Source: a bacterium (GTDB taxonomy: Bacteria > Electryoneota > RPQS01). From it: a stretch of DNA of 64,000 nt. Shown here one piece after another: positions 18,409-27,187 of this stretch. The stretch covers positions 33,349 through 97,348 of the forward strand of contig DASXUQ010000017.1 in assembly GCA_036504735.1 (NCBI GenBank), read 5' to 3'. Position numbers and translations under genes: made by a program. The notes beneath the pieces were generated by a model, which saw nothing but the letters and a program-made list of their open reading frames with translations, was not told the DNA's origin and did no database searches. Position 1 is the first letter of the stretch. Each line of letters opens with the position of its first letter.

Positions 18409-18966
18409 TTGCAAATTCTTGAAATTCTCATCCTCTCGTTAGCGTTGTCCGCTGATGCCTTCACCGTGGCCACCTCCATCGGCGTCCGGCATCGCAGTGC
18501 GCGGCAAATCTTTCGCCTCGCCTTTCACTTCGGCCTCTTTCAGAGCCTGCTGGCGTTAGCGGGCGCGCTTGCGGGCACGCTGTTCGTTTCGCTGATGTCG
18601 AACTTCGACCATTGGATCGCCTTCGCCCTGCTGGCGCTGATCGGCCTGCACATGATTTACGCTGCCATCAAGCACACGCCCGAAGAGTACGCCAACGTAG
18701 ATCTGACGCGGGGCTTCTCTCTGGTTGGGCTGTCTCTTGCCGTCAGCATTGACGCGCTGGCCGCTGGAGTGGGCATTCCCGCCGCCGGAGGCTCCTTCTG
18801 GCTGGCTGTAGTGATGATTGGCCTCACTGCCGCCGCCGCGACGCTTCTGGCCATGCTGGTTGCCGGACGCATTGCTGACCGCGTGGGCAAAGGACTGGAA
18901 ATCGCCGCCGGACTGGTGCTCATCGGCTTAGGCGTCTGGACCCTCTACACCCATATGACACCATGA
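18409..18966 (+). CDS. mntP: manganese efflux pump MntP-family protein
   Basis: LALSADAFTVA and LAVSIDALAAG duplicated motifs in a six-TM protein. TTG start. Confidence 0.7.
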   Translation: MQILEILILSLALSADAFTVATSIGVRHRSARQIFRLAFHFGLFQSLLALAGALAGTLFVSLMSNFDHWIAFALLALIGLHMIYAAIKHTPEEYANVDLTRGFSLVGLSLAVSIDALAAGVGIPAAGGSFWLAVVMIGLTAAAATLLAMLVAGRIADRVGKGLEIAAGLVLIGLGVWTLYTHMTP

Positions 18967-19092
18967 GGAAGATAGCGTAATTTAAGCAATAATAGCGCGC
19001 TATGATTTCACCCAAATCCCTGTTTGTTATCCCGGAATCCCATACCGTTTATGTCAGTATAAAAGGCAGACAATCTGGATGCCCTCTTCATA

Positions 19093-19139
19093 CTCCCCTT
19101 TCCCAATTCTATGGGGAAAGGGGCGGAGGATAGAGGTCT
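19093..19139. repeat. REP-like element, family 1 (CTCCCCTTTCCC..GGGGAAAG..GGATAGAGGTCT)
   Basis: A second copy lies at 40429-40500. A related G-rich hairpin element lies at about 26320-26375. Confidence 0.6.
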
Positions 19140-19153
19140 TCCCTTTAACCCAT

Positions 19154-19180
19154 TAGCCGGCACGCTCCTGCGTGCTGGAT
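19154..19180. repeat. palindromic element, family 2 (TAGCCGGCACGCTCCTGCGTGCTGGAT)
   Basis: 25/27 identical to 23281-23307, with a 9-bp stem CC(G/A)GCACGC / GCGTGCTGG. Confidence 0.7.
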
Positions 19181-19199
19181 TCCCGATGTGCACTACTCT

Positions 19200-21917
19200 A
19201 TGACGAACGATTTCTCTTTTATCGGCAATGCGGAACCTTCGGTCATTGAAGGGTTCTACGAAGACTACCTGAAGGATCCGGCATCCGTCGACGTAAGCTG
19301 GCGCTCTTTCTTCGAGGGCTTTGACTTTGCGCGCCGCACCTTCGGCGACGGCATCGCACAGGCGCCGGAGATGTTCGTCAAAGAGTCCCGCGTGCTGAGC
19401 CTCATCGGCGCCTACCGCACGCGCGGCCATCTGTTCACGCGGACCAATCCGGTGCGCACCCGCCGCAAGTATGAGGATCCGCTGACGCTGGAGAGCTTCG
19501 GCCTCGCCAAGAGTGATCTGGGCACCGTCTTTCAGGCCGGACGTGAAGTGGGCCTTGGCCCCGCGCCGCTGAGCGAAATCGTGGCGCTGCTGGAGCAGAC
19601 CTACTGCCGCAGTGTCGCCGTGGAATTCCGCTACATGCGGGATCCCAAAGTCGTGAGCTGGCTGCAAACCCGCATGGAGTCCTGCCGCAACACGCCGAAC
19701 TTCAGCCATGAAGAGCGGCTGCATATTATCGAGAAGCTTACCGAAGCGGAGGTCTTCGAGAAGTTCATGCACACGCGTTTCGTCGGGCAGAAGCGGTTTT
19801 CGATTGAAGGCGTGGAATCTGTTGTCCCGGCCATTGACGCGATTGTCGAAAAGGGCGCGGACCTCGGCATCGAAGAGTTTATTATCGGCATGGCGCACCG
19901 CGGGCGGTTGAATATTCTGGCCACCATTCTGGACAAAAGCTTCGCCCGAATCTTCGCCGAGTTCGAAGGCAAGGGCTACACGCTGTCCGAATACGCGGGC
20001 GATGTCAAATACCATCTCGGGCACAGTTGCGAAAAACTGACCCGCGGCGGCAAACGCGTACGGCTCAGCGTGGCGCCGAATCCGTCCCATCTTGAAGCCG
20101 TAGACCCCGTGGCTGAAGGCATCGTGCGCGCCCGTCTCGATCAGGAATATCGCGGCGACGTACGGCGCATAGCGCCCATCCTGATTCACGGCGACGCCTC
20201 GCTGGCGGGGCAGGGAATTGTCTATGAAGTGTTGCAGATGTCACAGCTCGACGGCTACGGCACCGGCGGCACCATTCACATTGCCCTGAATAATCAGGTC
20301 GGCTTTACCACCAACTATCTGGATGGCCGCTCCAGCACCTACTGCACGGACGTTGCCAAGGTCACACTCTCTCCGGTCTTTCATGTCAACGGCGACGACG
20401 TCGAAGCGGTGGTGTATGTCATCAACCTCGCCCTCGAATTCCGCGAGGCCTTCAAGCGCGACGTCTTTGTGGACCTGCTCGGCTACCGCCGCTACGGCCA
20501 CAATGAAGGCGATGAGCCGCGCTTCACGCAGCCCATCCTCTACAAGACCATCGCCCAGCATCCGCACCCGATTGAAATCTACGCCAACCAACTGGCCGAG
20601 TCCGGCGCGCTGGACATCAGCGTTTCGCAGAAGCTCGACGAAGAATTTCGCGTCTATCTGGATCAGCAGTATCAGGCTTCGAAGGACCTGACGCTCGTTC
20701 CCGATACGACCTTTCTGGCCAGCACATGGAAGCCGTACCGCACCGCCACGCACGCCGACTTTCAACAATCGCCCGAGACCGGCGTCGAGCTGAAGGATCT
20801 GAAGCGGATCGCCGAACGCATGAACACGCTCCCTGAAGGGCCGAAGTTCTTCGCCAAAATTCAGAAGATCTTCGATGAGCGCCAGCGGATGATCACTGAA
20901 AACCGTCTTGACTGGGCGTTGGGTGAACTTCTCGCCTACGCTACGCTGGTGGCGGGCGGTGTGCCCGTGCGCATTACCGGGCAGGATACCGAGCGCGGCA
21001 CCTTTTCCCATCGACATGCCGTGGTGAAGATCGAGGACTCGGAAGAAGAATATATTCCGCTGGAAAACGTCAGCGAGAAGCAGGCCAGTTTCCGCATCTA
21101 CAACTCGCCGCTCTCCGAATACGGTGTGCTGGGTTTCGAATACGGCTATGCCCTTGCGCTGCCGCGCGGCCTGACCGTCTGGGAAGCGCAATACGGTGAC
21201 TTCGCCAGTGGCGCGCAGACCATCACCGATGAGATGATCTCCAGCGGCGAAACCAAGTGGCAGCAGATGAACGGCCTCGTGCTCTTTTTGCCGCACGGTT
21301 ATGAAGGCCAGGGGCCGGATCACTCCTCGGCGCGCATGGAACGCTACCTCTCGCTCTGCGCCGATGACAACATGCAGGTCGTGAACATCACCACGCCCGC
21401 CAATATGTTTCACGTGCTCCGCCGCCAGGTCTACCGCCCCTTCCGCAAACCCTTGGTGGTGATGACTCCCAAGAGCCTGCTCCGCCATCCGCAAGCCGTC
21501 AGCCCGCTGGAAGATTTCGCCGTGGGCACGCGCTTTCAGGAACTGCTGGACGACGTCACCGCGGATCCCGCCGCTGTCAAGCGCGTGCTGATGTGTTCCG
21601 GCAAGATCTACTATGAACTTGTGGACAGGCAGCAGAAGCTGAACCGCAACGATGTCGCCATAGTGCGCATCGAACAGCTTTATCCCCTGCCGGAAGACCA
21701 GATCCAGGCCACTGTCAACCGATACAAGTATGCTCGCGAGTATTTTTACGTTCAGGAAGAGCCTGAAAACATGGGTGCCGGGCCGTTCATGCATGACTAC
21801 CTGAATGTGCCGTCCCTGAAAATCATCGCCCGCCGCCGCTCAAGCACCACGGCCACCGGATTCCCCGCGCAGCATGTTGCAGAGCAGCAGGCCATTCTGG
21901 AAAAGGCATTTGCATAG
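19200..21917 (+). CDS. sucA: 2-oxoglutarate dehydrogenase E1 component
   Basis: N-terminal FIGNAEPSVIEGFYEDYLKDPASVD..WRSFFEGF and a ~905-aa length typical of E1o. ATG 19200 is preferred over GTG 19188. Confidence 0.9.
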   Translation: MTNDFSFIGNAEPSVIEGFYEDYLKDPASVDVSWRSFFEGFDFARRTFGDGIAQAPEMFVKESRVLSLIGAYRTRGHLFTRTNPVRTRRKYEDPLTLESFGLAKSDLGTVFQAGREVGLGPAPLSEIVALLEQTYCRSVAVEFRYMRDPKVVSWLQTRMESCRNTPNFSHEERLHIIEKLTEAEVFEKFMHTRFVGQKRFSIEGVESVVPAIDAIVEKGADLGIEEFIIGMAHRGRLNILATILDKSFARIFAEFEGKGYTLSEYAGDVKYHLGHSCEKLTRGGKRVRLSVAPNPSHLEAVDPVAEGIVRARLDQEYRGDVRRIAPILIHGDASLAGQGIVYEVLQMSQLDGYGTGGTIHIALNNQVGFTTNYLDGRSSTYCTDVAKVTLSPVFHVNGDDVEAVVYVINLALEFREAFKRDVFVDLLGYRRYGHNEGDEPRFTQPILYKTIAQHPHPIEIYANQLAESGALDISVSQKLDEEFRVYLDQQYQASKDLTLVPDTTFLASTWKPYRTATHADFQQSPETGVELKDLKRIAERMNTLPEGPKFFAKIQKIFDERQRMITENRLDWALGELLAYATLVAGGVPVRITGQDTERGTFSHRHAVVKIEDSEEEYIPLENVSEKQASFRIYNSPLSEYGVLGFEYGYALALPRGLTVWEAQYGDFASGAQTITDEMISSGETKWQQMNGLVLFLPHGYEGQGPDHSSARMERYLSLCADDNMQVVNITTPANMFHVLRRQVYRPFRKPLVVMTPKSLLRHPQAVSPLEDFAVGTRFQELLDDVTADPAAVKRVLMCSGKIYYELVDRQQKLNRNDVAIVRIEQLYPLPEDQIQATVNRYKYAREYFYVQEEPENMGAGPFMHDYLNVPSLKIIARRRSSTTATGFPAQHVAEQQAILEKAFA

Positions 21918-21929
21918 CGCCGGATACGT

Positions 21930-21967
21930 TTGTCATCCTGCATTTGAAGACAAATGCAGGATGACAA
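21930..21967. other. 17-bp perfect stem-loop between sucA and sucB
   Basis: ttgtcatcctgcatttg-aaga-caaatgcaggatgacaa. Confidence 0.7.
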
Positions 21968-22021
21968 CTAAGTGTCTGTTTCTCACGATGAGTTTAGAAC
22001 ATCACCACAACGGACATACAC

Positions 22022-23182
22022 ATGATCGTTGAAGTCCACATACCCAGTCCCGGCGAATCCGTCAATGAAGTTACGCTCTCCAGTTGGCTGAAGAAGAGCG
22101 GCGACATTGTGCGCAGGGATGAAGAACTGTTCGAAGTGGAATCGGAAAAGGCGACGCTCTCCGTCGCCGCCTCCGACGCAGGCAAGCTGGAAATCCTTGT
22201 GCCCGAAGGCGAGACCGTAAAGGTCGGCGCGGTAGCGGCAAAGATTGATACCAGCGTCGCCGCGCCCGCAGGCGGTGCCGAACCGCCCAAGCCGCAATCC
22301 GGCAGCGCTCCCACTCCGAAGCAGGCCGAGAGCGGCAGGAAATCTTCTGCACCCACTCCGGTTGCCGCAGCCGCCGCGCCCAAGCCCGCGCCCAAACGCG
22401 AGGCCGCCTCGCCACCTGTTGCCACGGGCAATGGCAGCCCGCCGCCACCGGTTGAACATGAGCCGGTGATCGTTGAAGGAGAGCGTGGTATTCGCCGCCA
22501 GAAGCTTTCTGCGTTGCGCCTTAAGGTCGCCGAGCGGCTGGTCGCCGCCAAGAACCAGACCGCCATGCTCACCACCTTCAATGAAGTGGACATGAGCGCC
22601 ATCATGGCCGCGCGCGCCAAGTACAAGGAGCAGTTCCAGAAGGAATACAATGTGTCTTTGGGCTTCATGTCCTTCTTCGTAAAGGCAGTCTGTGAAGCCT
22701 TAAAGGATTCCCCGCCGATCAATGCCATGATCGAAGGCGAGGAGATCGTCTATCATGATTACGTGGACATGGGCATCGCCGTCAGTGCGCCGCGCGGTTT
22801 GGTGGTTCCCGTCATCCGCAACGCGCAGTCCCTGACCTCGGCCCAAATCGAAGCCGAGATCGCCCGCCTCGCCGACCGCGCCCGCCGCAATCAACTGACC
22901 CTCGATGAGATGACCGGCGGCACGTTTACCATTTCCAACGGCGGAGTGTTCGGTTCGCTGCTGTCGACGCCGATTTTGAATCCTCCGCAGAGCGGCATCC
23001 TTGGAATGCACAATATCGTCAAGCGCCCGGTCGTCGTGGATGATCAGATCGTGATCCGTCCCATGATGTATCTGGCCTTCTCCTATGACCATCGCATCAT
23101 TGATGGCCGCGAGTCCGTCACCTTCCTCGTCCGCGTCAAACAATTGTTGGAAGACCCGATGCGGCTGCTGCTGGAAGTGTAA
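22022..23182 (+). CDS. sucB: dihydrolipoyllysine-residue succinyltransferase (E2o)
   Basis: N-terminal lipoyl domain, a P/A-rich linker, and a catalytic domain ending in [13 protein letters not shown]. Confidence 0.9.
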   Translation: MIVEVHIPSPGESVNEVTLSSWLKKSGDIVRRDEELFEVESEKATLSVAASDAGKLEILVPEGETVKVGAVAAKIDTSVAAPAGGAEPPKPQSGSAPTPKQAESGRKSSAPTPVAAAAAPKPAPKREAASPPVATGNGSPPPPVEHEPVIVEGERGIRRQKLSALRLKVAERLVAAKNQTAMLTTFNEVDMSAIMAARAKYKEQFQKEYNVSLGFMSFFVKAVCEALKDSPPINAMIEGEEIVYHDYVDMGIAVSAPRGLVVPVIRNAQSLTSAQIEAEIARLADRARRNQLTLDEMTGGTFTISNGGVFGSLLSTPILNPPQSGILGMHNIVKRPVVVDDQIVIRPMMYLAFSYDHRIIDGRESVTFLVRVKQLLEDPMRLLLEV

Positions 23183-23204
23183 GCGCCAAACACAGCAAAA
23201 TACA

Positions 23205-23234
23205 AAACGGCTCAGGAGTACTCCTGAGCCGTTT
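23205..23234 (+). terminator. intrinsic terminator after sucB
   Basis: AAACGGCTCAGGAG-TA-CTCCTGAGCCGTTT palindrome with a T-rich tail. Confidence 0.8.
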
Positions 23235-23280
23235 CCGTTTCTCGCGGGAACGGGGTCTGTCCCCATCCCCCAACAAATAC

Positions 23281-23307
23281 TAGCCAGCACGCTCCCGCGT
23301 GCTGGAT
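23281..23307. repeat. palindromic element, family 2, second copy
   Basis: TAGCCAGCACGCTCCCGCGTGCTGGAT. See 19154-19180. Confidence 0.7.
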
Positions 23308-23431
23308 GCCTTGGTGGTCGCGGCCCTCGGGCTGACGGCCGGAGGCCGCCGCTAGGGTTCATCTCGGAAGGGACCGCGCGTTCTCCACATAAAACTCCTA
23401 AGACGCCGAGCAGGCGACCCGGGTGCAGGCG

Positions 23432-24766
23432 TCACGTCTGCTGCGCCATTTCTCTTTCCATCTGTTCCGCTTCCGAAATCGTGCCGTGCAATTTGCGAAG
23501 CACCAGCATCAGCACCGCAAAGGCGGCCAGAGATGCAACCACGAGGATCAGGAAGAACGTGCTATGGTCCATCCTATCCCAGAAGCCGCCAATGAGCCCC
23601 GCCAGATAGCTTCCCAGCGCCGTGAAGGCGAACCACGTTCCCATCAGCATGCCCGCCATGCGCGGCGGCGCCAGCCGCGACACCAGCGACAGCCCCATGG
23701 GTGACAGCAGAATTTCCGCCACCGTAATCACCCCGTACGTACCCACCAGCCAGCCCACGCCCACCCGGCCATGGTCGCCCCCCGACCATCCCGCCAGTGT
23801 CATCACTCCGTAGGCCGCCGCCGTCAGCAGCATGCCCAGCGCAATTTTCGTCGCCGTTGCGGGCTCCTTGCCGATCTTCCGCAACCGGTTCCAGAACCAC
23901 ACTAAAAGCGGCGTGAGCAGCAGAATGAACACCGGATTCACCGACTGGAAGATCTCCGGCGAGATCGTCGTTTCGGTGTTGTCACGCGCCCAGAAGGTCA
24001 GCGTGAAGCCGTTCTGCTCAAAGACCATCCAGAACACCACCACCACGGCAAAGATCGTCAGCAGGGCCACGATGCGGTCCTTCTCCTGCCGTTTCGTCAG
24101 TTGCACCGCTTTTCCCGTAGGCTGATTGGCCCGCTCTGCGGCGCTGATCTCCCCGCTGGCTACCGTCTTGCGGAAAATCGTAAACACCGCCAGCGCGATA
24201 ATCATTCCCACACCCGCCGCGCCGAACGCATAATGCCAGCCGAAGTTGTTCCGCAGATAGGAGGCCACCAGCGGCGAGAAAAACGCTCCCAGATTGATGC
24301 CCATGTAAAAAATATTGTAGGCGTCATCGCGTTTCTCCGGCATGTCGCGGTACAGGTTGCCCAGAATCGTCGAGACATTCGGCTTGAACATCCCATTGCC
24401 CGCGATCAGAAACGCCAACCCTGAAAAGAAGAATGTCAGCGGCGTAAACGCCAGGCACAGATGCCCGATGCCCATCAGCACACCGCCGATCAGAATCGCC
24501 TTGCGGAAGCCCAGATAGCGGTCCGCCAGCCAGCCGCCGATCAGCGGCGTGAAGTACACCAGGCCGATGTACGCGCCGTAAATCTGGCCGATGGTGCCCG
24601 TGCTGAAATGCAGACTCTCATCCATGTAAAGAGCAAGAATGGACAACATGCAGTAAAAACTGAATCGTTCCCACATTTCCGTGAAGAACAGCACCGCAAG
24701 GCCGGGGTGGTGCCGGCGGCGCACTGCAACCGCAGGAGGGGCAATGGTCATTAGAGGCATCCGCAA
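23432..24766 (-). CDS. POT/PTR2-family proton-dependent oligopeptide transporter
   Basis: FFTEMWERFSFYCMLSILALYM signature near the N-terminus, in a ~14-TM MFS-like protein. Confidence 0.8.
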   Translation of the reverse strand: MRMPLMTIAPPAVAVRRRHHPGLAVLFFTEMWERFSFYCMLSILALYMDESLHFSTGTIGQIYGAYIGLVYFTPLIGGWLADRYLGFRKAILIGGVLMGIGHLCLAFTPLTFFFSGLAFLIAGNGMFKPNVSTILGNLYRDMPEKRDDAYNIFYMGINLGAFFSPLVASYLRNNFGWHYAFGAAGVGMIIALAVFTIFRKTVASGEISAAERANQPTGKAVQLTKRQEKDRIVALLTIFAVVVVFWMVFEQNGFTLTFWARDNTETTISPEIFQSVNPVFILLLTPLLVWFWNRLRKIGKEPATATKIALGMLLTAAAYGVMTLAGWSGGDHGRVGVGWLVGTYGVITVAEILLSPMGLSLVSRLAPPRMAGMLMGTWFAFTALGSYLAGLIGGFWDRMDHSTFFLILVVASLAAFAVLMLVLRKLHGTISEAEQMEREMAQQT

Positions 24767-25260
24767 ATGATGAGGTTTTGAAACAGGACAAAATACGTCC
24801 TTGAATCTATGAAGTCAAGTGACCAAGGCGATAAACTATACTTCATATACCCCTTATCGGAGCAAGGGCGCAACGATATGCTGTAGCATCTGTGCTCATC
24901 GGCCTTCGCTGACCGCGATTCTCCTGGGAGCGTAACTCTTTACCGACGAAAGGAAACCTTCGGTATTTTTTGCACAAAGTGGCCGATTCACAACCTCTCC
25001 GGCACCGCAATTTGCAAGGGTCGTCAGAACCCCGATCCTCCCTCCCCCGGCTAAGTGCTTGTTGCTTGGCGGAGTACAAACCATTTTCTCAACTGTCATA
25101 ACCCGCAGGCCGATAATGTGAGTAGCTGGAGTGGAATTTGGTAAACCGCATTGCGCACTCAATGTGGTTTGCTCGCACCTATTTCTGCGGGATCCGGCAT
25201 CATCGGTGTGGTATGGCCGGAAACTGCGTAACCCCCAAACAACATTACGGGAGGCAAAGA

Positions 25261-25737
25261 ATGAAATCGTATGCAGCATTCTTGACGAGCATTGTATTGA
25301 TCTTTGGTTGCGTCGGGCTGGTCACAGCCTCCAACACATCCAATCATCAAGTGACCGTACACGTAGATGCGATTAATGAAGCGGCGGTAACCGGTGGTGA
25401 TATTACTCTCACCATTAATGCCGCCACTGCAGGTTCGCAGCCGAATAACGCGACGGACGCCACGTGTCATCTGAACTGGACCACCAACGAAGCGGGTAAG
25501 AAGATCACCGTCGAGACCGATCAGGCCGCCCCGGTGTACACGCTCAAGGTGACCGCCACGGCGATCAGCGGCGGCACCGCTGCCGCCCAGGTGACCGTCA
25601 GCAATGTCGCGCAGGACTTCGTCACCGCCGTGGCCACCACGATTGGAACCTGTACTCTGAGCTATGTGGCCTCGGCCACCGCCGCGCAGGGAACGGGTGA
25701 GGATGTCCACGTGGTCACCTATACCCTGACCAACTAA
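25261..25737 (+). CDS. small secreted protein, pilin-like paralogue 1 (hypothetical)
   Basis: Signal peptide MKSYAAFLTSIVLIFGCVGLVTA, a T/A/V-rich beta-type sequence and two Cys. Paralogous to 25766-26227 through ATAG.QP, TC.L.WTT, KKIT and GTCTL.Y.ASATAA.GTG. Confidence 0.6.
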   Translation: MKSYAAFLTSIVLIFGCVGLVTASNTSNHQVTVHVDAINEAAVTGGDITLTINAATAGSQPNNATDATCHLNWTTNEAGKKITVETDQAAPVYTLKVTATAISGGTAAAQVTVSNVAQDFVTAVATTIGTCTLSYVASATAAQGTGEDVHVVTYTLTN

Positions 25738-25765
25738 ACTTGAGGACGGAAGCGGATACCCAGCG

Positions 25766-26227
25766 ATGAAGATCGCCTTCCATAGCGTTTCCGTGCTGAC
25801 CGCTATTCTGCTCTTGACCGCCGTGGTTCGAGGAGCCGACCTTGCCGTGTTAAACGGTGACGTCGAGCTAACGGTCTCTTCGGCCACGGCGGGACAGCAA
25901 CCCATTGCGGCAACCAGCGAAACCTGTCAGCTCCAGTGGACGACACTGGTGGCCGACGCCACGAAGAAAATTACCGCGCAATCCAGCCTGGCCACTCCCA
26001 GCTTTGTGCTGACTGTGAACGCGGTAAGTATTTCCGCCGGGGATGGAACGGCGGCTGGACCTGTCACACTGAGCACTTCGGCCGGGGATTTGATTGTCAA
26101 CATCCCGGCCGGAGTGCTGGTGTCGGACCCCGGAACCTGTACTCTGCGCTATACGGCCTCTGCCACTGCTGCGAACGGCACCGGATCGGACAGCCATACA
26201 ATTACTTTTACAATCGTCGATCAGTAG
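25766..26227 (+). CDS. small secreted protein, pilin-like paralogue 2 (hypothetical)
   Basis: Signal peptide MKIAFHSVSVLTAILLLTAVVRGA, with the same conserved blocks and Cys pair as paralogue 1. Confidence 0.6.
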   Translation: MKIAFHSVSVLTAILLLTAVVRGADLAVLNGDVELTVSSATAGQQPIAATSETCQLQWTTLVADATKKITAQSSLATPSFVLTVNAVSISAGDGTAAGPVTLSTSAGDLIVNIPAGVLVSDPGTCTLRYTASATAANGTGSDSHTITFTIVDQ

Positions 26228-26357
26228 GAGCACGGTGTACATGCGACGGCTACAAACTGCATTAAGTGTGGGAAACCAGACGTCCCCATTCGTCCTCCCT
26301 CTGACAAGGGGGTTCTGCTCTCGTCTCCTTCCCCTGCTTCAGGGGGGGAAGGCCGGG

Positions 26358-27179
26358 GTGGGGGTGGGGGAAGGCGGACGGGGGTGGCTTTTTAGCTTTT
26401 TGGCTTTTTGGCTTTTAAGCTTTTGCCTTCCCGCTTCCGCCGGCGTCGTCATCGGCTCGCTGACTCTGGAGCGGGAAGCGCGGGCGGGTGAGACCTATCA
26501 GGGTTCGGTGGTGATGACCAACAATGAGGACACTCCGCAGGATGTTATCATCTACCAAACCGATTACCTGTTTGCCAGCGACGGCAGCAACCAGTACGGC
26601 AAACCCGGAACACACACGCGCTCCAATGCCAATTGGATTACCTTCAGTCCCCGGCAACTTCAGGTTCCGCCGCACCAGAGTTCACAGGTCAGTTATGTGG
26701 TGCATGTTCCTGTGGATAGCGCGCTGACCGGCACCTACTGGAGCATGATCATGGTGGAGGAAGTGCCGCCGCCGCTGCCCGACAGCATGCTGCAACTGGC
26801 GCGCAACGTCGCCGCCGTGCGGCAGGTCATGCGCTATGGAGTGCAGTGCGTCACCCACATCGGCGAGAGCGGCGCGACCAAAGTCACCGTAACCGGCGCA
26901 CGGCTGGAAGAACTGGAAAACCACAAGCGCGAACTGCAGGTCGATGTCGAAAACACCGGCGAGCGCTGGATCGTCCCCGCCGCGTGGATGGAACTGTATG
27001 ATACCGAAGGCCGCTATGTAGGCCGCTTCGAAACATCGAAGAAACGAATCTTCCCCGGGACGTCGGTCCGCTTCCACATCGAGTTGGACGGAACCTTTTC
27101 CGGGAGATATAAGGCGCTGGTGGTGCTGGACAACGGCGACCAGAGCGTCTTTGGCGCGAAATACAATTTGGAATTCTAA
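26358..27179 (+). CDS. secreted two-domain beta-sandwich-like protein, chaperone-like (hypothetical); start uncertain
   Basis: Hydrophobic leader WLFSFLAFWLLSFCLPASA, followed by Ig-like strand patterns (ETYQGSVVMTNNEDTPQDVIIYQTDYLF.., QVSYVVHVPVD). Candidate starts are ATG 26241 and GTG 26358/26364. Confidence 0.5.
   Translation: MGVGEGGRGWLFSFLAFWLLSFCLPASAGVVIGSLTLEREARAGETYQGSVVMTNNEDTPQDVIIYQTDYLFASDGSNQYGKPGTHTRSNANWITFSPRQLQVPPHQSSQVSYVVHVPVDSALTGTYWSMIMVEEVPPPLPDSMLQLARNVAAVRQVMRYGVQCVTHIGESGATKVTVTGARLEELENHKRELQVDVENTGERWIVPAAWMELYDTEGRYVGRFETSKKRIFPGTSVRFHIELDGTFSGRYKALVVLDNGDQSVFGAKYNLEF
26387..26426 (+). repeat. five tandem 8-nt units GCTTTTTR inside the leader-coding region
   Basis: gcttttta gctttttg gctttttg gcttttaa gcttttgc, read directly from the sequence. 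Confidence 0.85.
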
Positions 27180-27187
27180 GTGTGTTG

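Noticed and set aside
24941-24971. Hairpin plus T6 in the leader region upstream of the secreted four-gene cluster, considered as a riboswitch or attenuator (for example c-di-GMP) or an sRNA terminator.
   Set aside because: The stem is only 6 bp with a 13-nt loop. I found no convincing promoter upstream and no riboswitch consensus blocks in the preceding ~130 nt.
25001-25016. Sigma54-like GGCACcgcaatTTGCA, 245 nt upstream of the pilin-like gene cluster.
   Set aside because: The GG to GC spacing is one nucleotide too long (N11 instead of N10), and sigma54 promoters are strict on this spacing. It is kept only as a weak possibility.
26094-26240. 5' part of track ORF 26094..27179, which overlaps the second pilin-like gene.
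   Set aside because: It overlaps a better-supported gene and runs through a REP-like element. Plausible starts are 26241 or 26358/26364.
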